A DNA stretch of 64,000 nucleotides from Candidatus Dormiibacterota bacterium (GCA_963748505.1 CAVVJH010000001.1:73124-137123); one strand, 5' to 3'; counted from the first letter of the stretch, positions 9,337 to 19,166 are shown. Notes: generated by a model not told the origin, from the letters alone. Program-made: numbers and translations.

Positions 9337-10563
9337 TCAGGGCTGACTGATTCCCTCATGGTTGAAGCGTGCATGGTGCTCAGCCAGGAGGTCGGCGCCG
9401 TAGTCACCGCCATTCGGCGTGCGAACGATGGTGTGGATGTGATGCCGCGATGGTTCGGGATTGTCGAACGCCACGCCGGGCAGGTGCTCGAACTCGATCA
9501 GCACCACCGGGCTGTGCAGCCGGTAGTAGAAGGGGGCAGTTGGGCCGGTGCCGCCCATCCAGGCGAACCACGTGTCGTCGAGGTGTCTCGCCACTTCGTC
9601 CATCTTCACGGTGGCGTACGCGTCGCGCGCCCACCCGACGTACGCCGCGATCGCGTCAGTCAGGAGCGCTCGCTGCGCGTCCGAGAGACCGTCGGCGCGA
9701 ATGCCGCAGTACGAGAGGACCGCGTTGTCACGGAACGCGCCCGTCTGAGTCAGGTTGTCGACGGGGTGCAGCAAATGGGGTGGGATCGCGTCCCGCATGA
9801 TCGACGGGAACTGGATTGCAACTTGTCGTTGATCTTCATCGAGCGAGCGGATCAGGTCGAGGCCGACACGCTCCTCGAGATCGAGCACTCGAACTCCAGC
9901 GAAGCGACCGCTTCCTCCGTCGCACGGCTCCGAACCCATGAAGGCCGGGGTCATCGCCATTTCGTTGCCGACGAGGACGCAATTGACCGCGAGATGATGC
10001 CCGTCGAACTGGAACCCCCAGGGCACCTCCGCATTGGGCACGCCAAAGAACGACACGAAATACGGCCATTCCCCGTAGTCATCGACCCGGCCGGTCAACT
10101 CTGCGAGCAAATCGTTCAGGCGCATGATGTCGCGAGCCTGCGCATAGCCACGAGCCGACAGCGTGACGCGAAGCAAGTCAAGGAATGCGTGCCGTGCAGG
10201 CGCCGACAGCTCCTCGAGCATGACGCCGTGTCGATACACGTTGATGTGCGGGTTGAACCATGAGCGCCAGAGGTTGGATTCAAACGGAAAGCACAAGCGC
10301 GAGCGCGTTGGTGCGTCCACCGACGCGAGAAATACCTCGGCCGCCTCCTTGATTGCCTCGGTCGCCACGCTGGTCCGAACCCGGTCGCGAGCCGAGAGCA
10401 CTCCATCGGTCGTGACGCCACGGAATGGTTCAGCCAGCGCGGCGTCGTTCTCCGCGAGAATGGGAGCAAAGAATTCAACCACCACCGGAATGTCTCGAAC
10501 CGGCGATCGTGCCGATATCGACATACCCTCGCGAACCCCGAACTCGGTCCAGTCGCTCATCAT
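9337..10563 (-). CDS. DUF3500 family protein
   Basis: YFVSFFGVPNAEVPWGFQFDGHHLAVNCVLVGNEMAMTPAFMGSEP signature. Start taken at MMSDWTEF; the longer ORF to 10713 overlaps the divergent GNAT gene. Confidence 0.8.
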   Translation of the reverse strand: MMSDWTEFGVREGMSISARSPVRDIPVVVEFFAPILAENDAALAEPFRGVTTDGVLSARDRVRTSVATEAIKEAAEVFLASVDAPTRSRLCFPFESNLWRSWFNPHINVYRHGVMLEELSAPARHAFLDLLRVTLSARGYAQARDIMRLNDLLAELTGRVDDYGEWPYFVSFFGVPNAEVPWGFQFDGHHLAVNCVLVGNEMAMTPAFMGSEPCDGGSGRFAGVRVLDLEERVGLDLIRSLDEDQRQVAIQFPSIMRDAIPPHLLHPVDNLTQTGAFRDNAVLSYCGIRADGLSDAQRALLTDAIAAYVGWARDAYATVKMDEVARHLDDTWFAWMGGTGPTAPFYYRLHSPVVLIEFEHLPGVAFDNPEPSRHHIHTIVRTPNGGDYGADLLAEHHARFNHEGISQP

Positions 10564-10600
10564 CAACTCTCTCCTCGCTTCGCGCAGACTCGGGCGGATC

Positions 10601-11116
10601 ATGACCAACTTATCGCTCCCGGAGTCCAACGCAGAGGACCCGATCCCGACCCCGGCGGTGGTCGAGGTGGTGCCGATCGACCCGGGGCAACCGGACGCGC
10701 AGCGCTGTCTCACGGCCTACGTCGAAGAGCTGAATCGGCGTTTCGACGCCGGGTTCGATCCGACACGAAGCATCTCCGCGGGCGTGGAGGAGATGCGGCC
10801 CCCGTCGGGGCTGTTCCTGATTGCCAGGGTCAACGGCGAGACCGTCGGCTGCGGCGCGCTCAAGTTCCACGGCGACAGTCCCGCGGAACTCAAGCGCATG
10901 TGGGTCAGCGACAGCGTCCGGGGCCTTGGCATCGGGCGCCGCCTCCTGACCGAGCTCGAGGTCCAGGCAACGGCGCACGGCGTCCGGGTGCTGCACCTCG
11001 AGACCAATGGCACGCTGGAGGCTGCGATCGCCCTCTATCGGTCTGCCGGCTACGTTGAGGTTGCTCCCTTCAACGACGAGCCGTACGCCCACCATTGGTT
11101 CGAGAAGCACATTTGA
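10601..11116 (+). CDS. GNAT family N-acetyltransferase
   Basis: Start MTNLSLPESN. Motif A region RMWVSDSVRGLGIGRRLL. Ends HHWFEKHI*. Confidence 0.8.
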   Translation: MTNLSLPESNAEDPIPTPAVVEVVPIDPGQPDAQRCLTAYVEELNRRFDAGFDPTRSISAGVEEMRPPSGLFLIARVNGETVGCGALKFHGDSPAELKRMWVSDSVRGLGIGRRLLTELEVQATAHGVRVLHLETNGTLEAAIALYRSAGYVEVAPFNDEPYAHHWFEKHI

Positions 11117-11155
11117 TCACCCTGCCCTTATCCTGAGCTTCCTCGATCGCCCGGA

Positions 11156-14149
11156 ATGGAGAGATCAGTGATGTCGGCATACGATCCGCGTCCGCGCCAC
11201 GGCCGCGCCGGGACAGCGCTGCTGGCCTCGCTGGCGGCGGGCGGCATGGTGATCGGTGCGCCGATCCTGCAAGCGCAACCAGCTGCCGCGCAGACCCGCG
11301 TCTCGACCATCCCCGCAGGGTTCAGCGACTGGACGATGCACAACGGCGATCCCCTGCATCACGCGGTGTCGGCCGAGACGATCCTCTCCAACACGACGCA
11401 GTTCAAATTGCACTGGAGCGCCAACACGGGCTCGCTGAGCTTCTCGTCCCCGGCGGTCGCGTTCAACCCGACGCTCAACGAATCGCTCGTGTATGTCGGC
11501 AACCAAGCCGGCGAGTTCACTGCCTACAACGCTGCCACGGGCGGCGTGGTGTGGACGTTTCAGGTGCCCAAAACCGCGGGGCTCTCCAAGGAGATCGAAT
11601 CGTCGCCGGCAGTTTCGGGCAACACCGTCTATTTCGGTGACGGCGACTACCACGAGTACGCCCTCAACGCGACGACGGGAGCGCTGATCTGCACCTCGCC
11701 GTCGATGGGCGGGATCAGTGCGTCGTCACCGGTGATCGGCAACCCGGCCGGCACCGGGGACGTCCTGTACTTCGGTGATTCCGGGGCGAGCGGTGACACC
11801 AGTGACGGCGGCCATCTGTGGGCGATGTACGGCGTGGGTAACAGTGGCGGCGCGGCGTGCGCAATCTATTGGTCCTTCGATGCTTTCGGAAACCCTCCCG
11901 GGAGTCAGACGGGCTCGTCAGGGGTGTACTCGACGCCCGCCTACGGCACCCTCGCGAATGGCTCACCGGTGGTCGTGGTCGGGAGCACGGATCCTGACGA
12001 TGCGATCTACGGATTCAACGCAATCACCGGTGCAGCGCTCTGGCGGTTCCAGGCATTCGTCGGCATCGACGCCGACATCGGATCGCCGCCGACCATTGCT
12101 GCGCCTCACACCATCGGTGCGGTCGGTTCGCAGACCTACAACGACGGCGTGGTGTACGACACGAGCAAGTCGGCGATCCTCTATGCGCTCGACCTCCAGA
12201 CCGGTGCACAGCTCTGGTCGTTCAACATCAAGACGAGCATCGGGCACGGCGGCAACCCCGCGCAATCGGGAGCCGCACTGGTCGGCAATTTCATCTACAT
12301 CGGCTACGGCTCAGGCATGTACTCACTCGACGCAACCACGGGTGCGCTCAACTGGGTGAGTTCGGTCACGACCGGCGTGGTGTCATCGCCGTCGGTGACC
12401 GGTCCGCCGGGCAGCCAGGTGATCGCGGTCGGGGATCTGACCGGGAACGTCGACGTCTTCGATTTGACGACGGGCAACCTGTTGTTCACCTACAGCACCG
12501 GCGCCTACATCTTCGCGTCCGCCGGTATCTCGACAGGACAGTTCTTCATCACGAGCACCACGGGAGACATCTACGCCTTCGGCGCCAGCAGCGGTGTGCC
12601 GACGCCGGCGATCACGTCCGTCACCCCAAACCACGGCGCGGTCGGCGGAAGCGAGGTCGTGAGCATCAACGGGAACCAGTTCAGCGGGAGTGGCTTCACC
12701 ACATCGGACGTGCTGTTCAACGGCATCGACATCCCGTCGACCAATGCCTTCCCGTGTCTGGGTTCGGCCGGGGGTTGCTTCCAGGTGGATACTCCCGCGC
12801 AGATCACCGTGGACACCCCGGTGAGCGCGGCCGGCACGGTCGATGTCAAGGTGGTGACGCCGGGAGGGCCCAGTCCCAGTACCTCGGACGACCAGTACAC
12901 GTTCGTCGCGCCCGGCGCCTATACCGCGCTGACGCCCCTGCGCATCTGTGACACACGCGCCAATTCCGGTGCACCCCAGTGCGCTGGACACACGCTCGCG
13001 GCCGGCGGATCCTTCACGGTGCAGATCACCGGCACGCCGATCCCAACCAACGCGCAGGCCGTCGTCATCAACCTGACCGCCATCAATCACGGGAGCGTCT
13101 CGACCTTCGTCAGCGCCTTCCCGGCGGGTGGCGCCGTTCCTCGGGCATCGAACATCAACCTGGCATCGGGCGCAGTCAACTCGAATCTCGCGTTCGTGCA
13201 GTTGAGCGCCACCGGCAAGATCACGCTGTTCAACTCGCTCGGCAGCGCCGATGTGATCGTCGACGTCCAGGGCTACTTCGCGCCGCCCGGCGCGGCGCCG
13301 GTCCCCGGAACCTTCCACTCGATGCCGCCTCTCCGGATCTGTGACTCGCGGGCCGGCCAGAACACCGAGTGCGCGACGACGAAAAACAGTCCGATCGCTG
13401 CCGGGACGTGGCGGCGGGTCGTCCTCTCTGGTCTGCCGCCAGGCGCCCCTGGTGGCACGCCATCGATTCCGACGACAGGAGCAGCGGCGGCGGCGTTCAA
13501 CCTCACCGCAACCGCCGGCACGGCCTCGACATACCTCGCGGTCACGGCACCCAATGCATCGGACGCCTGCCCGACCTCCGCTCCCCGGTTTTCGAATCTC
13601 AACCCGGCCGCGGGTGGGAGCATCCCGATTCGCGCGATCTCTCCACTCGGCCCGCACCAGGACGTCTGCGTGTTCAACGCCGCCGGAAGCATCAACTTCA
13701 TCATCGATGTGAACGGCTGGTTCGGGAACGGTCATGAGAGCGCTACCGGAGCGCGCTTCTACTCGGTGGCCCCGGCGCGCATCTGCGATACCCGCCAGGG
13801 ATCCGGCACCGAGTGCGACAGCAATCCGCTCACCCCGAACGACACCGAGATCCTGCCGGTTGCCGGCGTGTCGCCGACGCCCGCCGAAGGTGGCGCGGTC
13901 AAGCCGGTTGCGGTGGTCGTGAACCTCACCGGCGTCGCGGGGACGGCTGCAACGGTGCTCGTGCTCTATCCGAGCGACGTGAGCCCCCGGCCGAAGGCAT
14001 CAGACCTCAACCCCAATGCCGGGCAGGTCATCGCCAATCTCGCCATCGTGAGCCTCGCCCAGACTGGAGGGAACAGCGGTGACGTGAACATGTTCAATGC
14101 GGTCGGGACGATCGACGCCATCCTCGACGTCGCGGGCTGGTTCCAGTAG
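11156..14149 (+). CDS. large secreted multidomain protein: signal peptide, PQQ-like beta-propeller, IPT/TIG domain, three tandem ~130-aa repeats
   Basis: Signal peptide ALLASLAAGGMVIGAPILQAQPAAAQ. Propeller blades (VYFGD..YALNATTGAL, LYALDLQTGAQLWSF, MYSLDATTGALNWVS). IPT (ITSVTPNHGAVGGSEVVSINGNQFSG). Repeats begin YTALTPLRICDTR / FHSMPPLRICDSR / FYSVAPARICDTR. Uninterrupted 997-aa ORF. Confidence 0.85.
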   Translation: MERSVMSAYDPRPRHGRAGTALLASLAAGGMVIGAPILQAQPAAAQTRVSTIPAGFSDWTMHNGDPLHHAVSAETILSNTTQFKLHWSANTGSLSFSSPAVAFNPTLNESLVYVGNQAGEFTAYNAATGGVVWTFQVPKTAGLSKEIESSPAVSGNTVYFGDGDYHEYALNATTGALICTSPSMGGISASSPVIGNPAGTGDVLYFGDSGASGDTSDGGHLWAMYGVGNSGGAACAIYWSFDAFGNPPGSQTGSSGVYSTPAYGTLANGSPVVVVGSTDPDDAIYGFNAITGAALWRFQAFVGIDADIGSPPTIAAPHTIGAVGSQTYNDGVVYDTSKSAILYALDLQTGAQLWSFNIKTSIGHGGNPAQSGAALVGNFIYIGYGSGMYSLDATTGALNWVSSVTTGVVSSPSVTGPPGSQVIAVGDLTGNVDVFDLTTGNLLFTYSTGAYIFASAGISTGQFFITSTTGDIYAFGASSGVPTPAITSVTPNHGAVGGSEVVSINGNQFSGSGFTTSDVLFNGIDIPSTNAFPCLGSAGGCFQVDTPAQITVDTPVSAAGTVDVKVVTPGGPSPSTSDDQYTFVAPGAYTALTPLRICDTRANSGAPQCAGHTLAAGGSFTVQITGTPIPTNAQAVVINLTAINHGSVSTFVSAFPAGGAVPRASNINLASGAVNSNLAFVQLSATGKITLFNSLGSADVIVDVQGYFAPPGAAPVPGTFHSMPPLRICDSRAGQNTECATTKNSPIAAGTWRRVVLSGLPPGAPGGTPSIPTTGAAAAAFNLTATAGTASTYLAVTAPNASDACPTSAPRFSNLNPAAGGSIPIRAISPLGPHQDVCVFNAAGSINFIIDVNGWFGNGHESATGARFYSVAPARICDTRQGSGTECDSNPLTPNDTEILPVAGVSPTPAEGGAVKPVAVVVNLTGVAGTAATVLVLYPSDVSPRPKASDLNPNAGQVIANLAIVSLAQTGGNSGDVNMFNAVGTIDAILDVAGWFQ
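12915..14146 (+). repeat. three intragenic tandem domain repeats (~400 nt each) each starting with a P-x-RICD[TS]R motif
   Basis: Repeat starts seen at about 12917, 13321 and 13760. Shared pattern: VxxNLTA...NxNG...IDVxGWF/YF. Confidence 0.6.
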
Positions 14150-14236
14150 ACGCTGGCTGTAGTACGAACCCCGGTAGCCGCCGACGATCATGGACCGGGT
14201 GGGTCGATGGCGATGGCGCTGGCCTGAGCAGGGGAC

Positions 14237-14533
14237 CTAGACGCTGACCGCCGCAATGATCGGGCCGATGCGCCGTTCAGGAGGCCCGTCGAGCAGTGGC
14301 GCAACGTTCGCGCCCATCCAGGAATTGCCCAACTCCGCGGCCATGCGGTCGAGCACCGCGGCGTCGTCGGCGAAGATCACCATCACGACTTGATCGTCCG
14401 CAACCTGGACCACGCGGAAGCCCTGGAATCCCTCGAGCGCGCGCATCTGGTCGGCCAGCTCGTGCTCGGCTCGCATGAAGAGAGCGGTATCGACTGAATC
14501 CTTGAAGCGCAGCGTGTTGATGACAGCGTGCAT
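14237..14533 (-). CDS. small ABM/Dabb-like (antibiotic biosynthesis monooxygenase fold) protein
   Basis: 98 aa with beta-alpha-beta composition. Weak family assignment. Confidence 0.5.
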   Translation of the reverse strand: MHAVINTLRFKDSVDTALFMRAEHELADQMRALEGFQGFRVVQVADDQVVMVIFADDAAVLDRMAAELGNSWMGANVAPLLDGPPERRIGPIIAAVSV

Positions 14534-14591
14534 TCACGCAAGGGTAGCCGGACCAAAGCGACACCACGCATCGGCTGGTCCCACGCGTTTG

Positions 14592-14885
14592 TCAGGCAGG
14601 TGACCGCGACGTCAGCACAATCGTGGCAAGGACCGCGGCAACCAGGATTACGGCAACGCTGCCGCAGACAATCCCGACCATCGACAGCACCCTGGCCGGT
14701 CTCGTCATCGGCCGCGCGTGTCGCCGTGCGAGCACCCCGAGCGTGATTGCGATCAGGCCGCAGGGGACGGCGACGAGAAACCCGATCACGGTCACGACCA
14801 AGCCGATCGCGATCACCCCGAAAATCGCTGACGCTCGCGCAACGCCGAGTGCCGATAAGTCGGCGATCACCGGGCCAGTATGCAT
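14592..14885 (-). CDS. small membrane protein (DUF4190-like)
   Basis: Two TM helices GVIAIGLVVTVIGFLVAVPCGLIAITLGVLARR ... VGIVCGSVAVILVAAVLATIVL. Confidence 0.5.
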   Translation of the reverse strand: MHTGPVIADLSALGVARASAIFGVIAIGLVVTVIGFLVAVPCGLIAITLGVLARRHARPMTRPARVLSMVGIVCGSVAVILVAAVLATIVLTSRSPA

Positions 14886-14933
14886 GCCGCGGCGGGGCCG
14901 CCGGCGGTGTCGCGAGCCGGGGCAGGGGTTCGC

Positions 14934-16140
14934 TCAGGCGGGCGCAGCAGTGCGCGGCGTCGACTCCATGATCGCGAGCAGTTGGACCAGCACGGGGCGC
15001 AGATCTGAGCGGATGCTGTACACGATGTCGGGTTCCTGCCCGGTGGAGACCAGCACGCCGGTCGACTGGAACCGATCCAGCTGGTGGCGGACCTCGAACG
15101 GCGTGAGGTTGCTGCGCTTGGCGAGGTCTTCAAGCTTGGTCGGATGGTCGAGCAGCTGGGTCACGATGCGCAGGCGAGCCGCATCCCCGAGGGCATGCAG
15201 GAGGTCGCCGGTAGCGGTGAGCTCATCGTCGGATCGCGAGACCAGCGAGCGCACGGCCTCGAGCGCGGCGCGCGGCCGCAGCGGGAGACCGTGACCGCTG
15301 ACGTAGCTCGTCTGGAGCAGTACCTCACCCGCGGTGGCACCGGCACTGCGTCGCGCCACGATGACGTAGAACGCGCCCACCACCAGCAGCACGACGACGG
15401 CGTCGACCCAGCCGCTGCCGAACCCAACGCCAAGCAGCCGGCCGAGCGCAAGCAGCCCCGTGATGATGCTCGCCACCACGCCGATGTCCACTCCCGCCGC
15501 GAGCAGCACGCGGACCCAGCGAGGGACACGCACCAGGCCCGCACCTGACGACGACGGCGTTCTGCGCACCGCGAGATAGCACCCCACGCCCATCACGATG
15601 AGGATCGCTCCTTGCACGGCGAGCTTCTGGATCTGGTCGAGGAAGTGCTCGACAGGGACCCCGATGAGGATGCCGAGCGCCACGTAGATCCCGACCCAGA
15701 CCACAGTGGAGGAGACCATCGCCAGGATGAACGATCTGCGCGGCGCCTTCACCGCCCCCGCCACCAGCGTCGTGTAGATGCGCAGCCCGGGAATGAGGCG
15801 GCTCACGGCGATGCCGATCCATCCCGCCGATCGCAGCCGATCCTCGACGCGCTCGAGATTCTTCTGCTGGCGAAGGCGCCGTGCCAGGCCCCGCAGACCG
15901 CGATCACCCACCGCGCGCGCCCAGCTGTAGCCGACCAGCGAGCCGGCGACGCAGGCGATCAGCGCCAATGGGATGAACGCGTACGGGTTGAGTCCCACCC
16001 GATGCGATGAGCAGTCCGGCCACCAGCAACGTGAGCTCCCCGGGGGCAAAGGGCAGCGGAACGCCCGCTTCCTCGGCGAAGAGCAGCGCTGGTAGGAGCG
16101 CCAGGGCGACCGCGCCGTGTAGGCCCTGCAGGAAGTTCAC
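14934..16140 (-). CDS. DedA/SNARE-associated membrane protein fused to a C-terminal ArsR-like winged-helix domain; one apparent frameshift near 16000
   Basis: DedA N-terminus (FLQGLHGAVALALLPALLFAEEAGVPLPFAPGELTLLVAGLLIASG) in ORF 15904..16140. Rest of DedA (VSRLIPGLRIYTTLVAGAVKAP) and the wHTH (ARLRIVTQLLDHPTKLEDLAKRSNLTPFEVRHQLDRFQSTGVL) are in ORF 14934..16049. Confidence 0.7.
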
Positions 16141-16191
16141 GGCATCATCATGCCGTGAGGGTCCCGATTCGGTCGATATCCCTCACACCCG

Positions 16192-17401
16192 GTGGCGCCG
16201 TTCTGCAAGAGTTTCGCGGTGCTGGAGACCGATGTCGTGGTGGTCGGAGCAGGTCCGAGCGGCGCCACCGCAGCGCTGCTGCTGGCTCGGGCCGGCCGGC
16301 AGGTGGTGCTCGTCGACCGCGCACGGTTCCCACGCGACAAGGCCTGCGGGGAGGGATTGATGCCTCCGGGAGTGGACGTCCTGCGCCGCCTCGGGCTCTA
16401 CGACGCCGTGCTCGAGACCGGTGCGCGGCCGGTCCACGGAGTGAGGTATCAGCACCCCGGCGGCTTCCCCAAGGCGTACGCGGCGTTCCCGACGCCACCC
16501 GAGGGCGGACCCGCGTGGGCCTTGGGTATCCGGCGGACCTGGTTCGATGCCGCGCTGGTCGACGCGGTGCGGCGGGAAGATCGAGCGACGGTCATCGAAG
16601 GCGCGCGCGTCACCGGCCTCATCCGTTCGGCGTCGGGCCGAGTGTCGGGCGTCGAGACCAGCGGCGGTCCCATCGGCGCGCGGATCGTCATCGGCGCGGA
16701 CGGGCTCCACTCGAAAGTCCGCGCCTGGGCAGGGCTCAACAAGCGGTCACGTCCACAGCGGCGATTCGGTTTAGCCGGACACTGGCGGGTCGACACCACC
16801 GGCCGCGACGCCCTGCTCATCACGCTCGGCGATGGACACGAGTGGTACGAGGCTCCGGTTGGTCCGGCAGGAGCTCCTGGTGTCGGTGCTTGACGGCCGG
16901 TCGCACTCGCGACTCACGGCGCGCACCTATGAGCAGGCTGCGCGGCAGAGCGTTCCGGCCGTGCGGGACGCGGCGTTGGTGTCCCGACCGCTCGGCGGTG
17001 CCCAATTCCATCAACGCAGTCGCGCCGCCGCTGCGGGGCGGGTGTTCCTCGTCGGCGATGCAATCGGCTACGACGATCCGACCACCGGCGACGGCCTCGC
17101 GATTGGGATGCTCCTCGCCGAGCGACTCGCGAAGCACATCGACGCCCTGCTCGGCGGTGCGGGTTCGCCCGGCGTGGCGGCTCGGCACTACCAGGCCGAC
17201 CACGTCTCGCTGGTGCGCGACCGTCGCCGTCTGACCCGACTGGTGCTCGTCCAGGACCGGTCGCAGTTTCTGAGCCGCCGCGCCATCAACAAGGCCGCGC
17301 GGGACCCGCGGACGTTCACCAAGCTGCTGGCCATCAACTGCGGCTATCAGCGATTCCGGGAGCTGTCGCCACGGGACTGGCTGTCGCTCGCGGGGATCTG
17401 A
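16192..17401 (+). CDS. FAD-dependent oxidoreductase, geranylgeranyl-reductase-like family; one apparent frameshift near 16860
   Basis: DVVVVGAGPSGATAALLLARAGRQVVLVD dinucleotide-binding motif; GADGLHSKVR. C-terminal VFLVGDAIGYDDPTTGDGLAIGM lies in ORF 16832..17401. Confidence 0.75.
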
Positions 17402-17964
17402 TGGCTGTGCCGCCCTCGACGCGGGATAAACCGAGGCACCCCCTGGAAGGCCTCGCGGTATCCGGGAATCGCCTCGAGGAGCCGTTCCTCCGCGCGGATG
17501 CGCGGCACGAGCACCGCAGCGTTGGCCACGGACAGGAGGGCCGCCTCGGGGACCGCACCGACTGCGATGGGCAGGCAGGCAAACTCCAGCGCGACGGCGA
17601 CATAGTTGGGATGGCGGATGTATCGGTACGGACCGCCGGTTTCGATGTGCACTCCCGGCCGGACGTGCGCTGTGACGTTCCAGTCGGCGCCGAGGGTGCG
17701 GATCACCCAGAGCCGCAGTCCGGCTGAGGCTGCGAGACCCAGGAGCGCTGCGGTCCGCACCGGTCTGGGAACCTGCCGCCCCGGGCGGGGCCAGGCGCTC
17801 GTCGCGAAGAGCGCGAGGTGGGCGGCAACCATCGCCGGATAGGTCCGGGGTGATGCCTGCGCACCTGGTCCGCTGCGGGAGCGATTCCGGGCCGAGATCC
17901 GGAGTTCGACGAGGCGCTGGGCGCCGCTCACGAGCACCAGGCCCATCCGAGCCCGAGCGCTCAT
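17347..17964 (-). CDS. isoprenylcysteine carboxyl methyltransferase (ICMT)-family membrane methyltransferase
   Basis: IETGGPYRYIRHPNYVAVALEF motif. ATGA start/stop overlap with the upstream type III PKS gene. Confidence 0.75.
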   Translation of the reverse strand: MSARARMGLVLVSGAQRLVELRISARNRSRSGPGAQASPRTYPAMVAAHLALFATSAWPRPGRQVPRPVRTAALLGLAASAGLRLWVIRTLGADWNVTAHVRPGVHIETGGPYRYIRHPNYVAVALEFACLPIAVGAVPEAALLSVANAAVLVPRIRAEERLLEAIPGYREAFQGVPRFIPRRGRHSHQIPASDSQSRGDSSRNR

Positions 17965-19067
17965 GCCGTCCAGAGCAGCTCGAGGAGCTCGATCGTCAGT
18001 CCGGGGCCGAAGGCCGCCGCCAGACCTCGGCCGGAGGGTTCCGGGAGGTGGCGCGAGAGCTCGTCAAGCACGAACAGGATTGCCGCCGAGGAGGTGTTGC
18101 CGTACTGGCGTAACACGGTGCGGGTGGCGGCAGTCTGCGGAGCATCCAGCTCGAGGCACCGCACCACCGCATCCACGATCGCCTGGCCGCCCGGGTGGAC
18201 GGCCACCGCGTCCAGCTCGCGAGCATCGCCGATGAACGCGGTGACGAGCTGGGGGAGGTTGAGCTCCAGGAGCCGCGGAAGCTGCCGCGACACCACCACG
18301 CGAAACCCGTCGTCCGCGCGCTCGAAGCCAAGTGCGTCGGTGCTGGCGGCGAGGACCAGCTCCGAGGTGCGGCCGATACCGATCCGGCCGGATGCCGCGT
18401 CACCGCGCAACACCGCCGCGCCGGCGCCGTCGCCGAACACCAGCACGCTCAGGAGGTTGTCGGCTGAGGTGTCCTCCGGGCGAAAGGTGAGCGACGGCAC
18501 CTCGACGGCCACCACCAGGGCCAACTCGCCGGGATGTGATCGCACCCAGTCCGCAGCCGAGCTGAGCGACGCGGCGCCGCCCGCGCAACCGAAGTTCATG
18601 AACGGCATCCGCCGGATGTCGCGCCTGAGCCCGAGGTGGTTGATGAGATGCACGTCGATACCCGGGAGGACGAAACCGGTGCAGGAGGCGACGACGACCA
18701 ATCCGATGTCCTTGGTCGCGATGCCTGACGCGGTCAGGGCGCGCTCCGCGGCGAGCATCGCCAGGGGCATGGCTTCCTCGGCATAGCGGACGGCCTGCTC
18801 GCCGGGCGTCAGCGGCAGGATCGCCTCCTCGATGGGCCGCACCAGAAACCGCTGGCTGTTGGACAGCTCGTCGGCGAAGAGGCCGACCCGCCGCTCCAGG
18901 CGGGGCCAGAGCTGCGTGATCAGACGGAGCACCTCGTCACCGCCGGCACGATGCTGAGGCACGGCCGTCCCCAGCCCGTGGATCGTCACCGGTACCACCA
19001 CCGCCTCCCGCTCACGAGGAAGGGGCTCGGGCAGCGCCGCAGTGCGGATCGCCGCCTCAACAACCAT
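17961..19067 (-). CDS. type III polyketide synthase (chalcone/stilbene synthase family)
   Basis: Catalytic Cys in FMNFGCAGGAASL, His in VHPGGQAIVDAV, Asn in YGNTSSAAILFVLDE; 368 aa. Confidence 0.9.
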   Translation of the reverse strand: MVVEAAIRTAALPEPLPREREAVVVPVTIHGLGTAVPQHRAGGDEVLRLITQLWPRLERRVGLFADELSNSQRFLVRPIEEAILPLTPGEQAVRYAEEAMPLAMLAAERALTASGIATKDIGLVVVASCTGFVLPGIDVHLINHLGLRRDIRRMPFMNFGCAGGAASLSSAADWVRSHPGELALVVAVEVPSLTFRPEDTSADNLLSVLVFGDGAGAAVLRGDAASGRIGIGRTSELVLAASTDALGFERADDGFRVVVSRQLPRLLELNLPQLVTAFIGDARELDAVAVHPGGQAIVDAVVRCLELDAPQTAATRTVLRQYGNTSSAAILFVLDELSRHLPEPSGRGLAAAFGPGLTIELLELLWTA

Positions 19068-19166
19068 GCGCGGCCATCATGACACTGACGATCCGAACGG
19101 GAGTACCGATGTTTCTGGCGATGCGTGGAATAAGTGCTGGGGTTACAGGATTCCTCGTCCGGGCGG

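Noticed and set aside
12383-13735. 450-aa minus-strand ORF inside the 997-aa secreted-protein gene
   Set aside because: Arg/Gly/Asp-rich composition with no domain. It is antisense to a gene with strong domain evidence.
16155-17234. 359-aa plus-strand ORF overlapping the FAD oxidoreductase in another frame
   Set aside because: Extremely Arg-rich nonsense translation. The true frame carries the GxGxxG and GD motifs.
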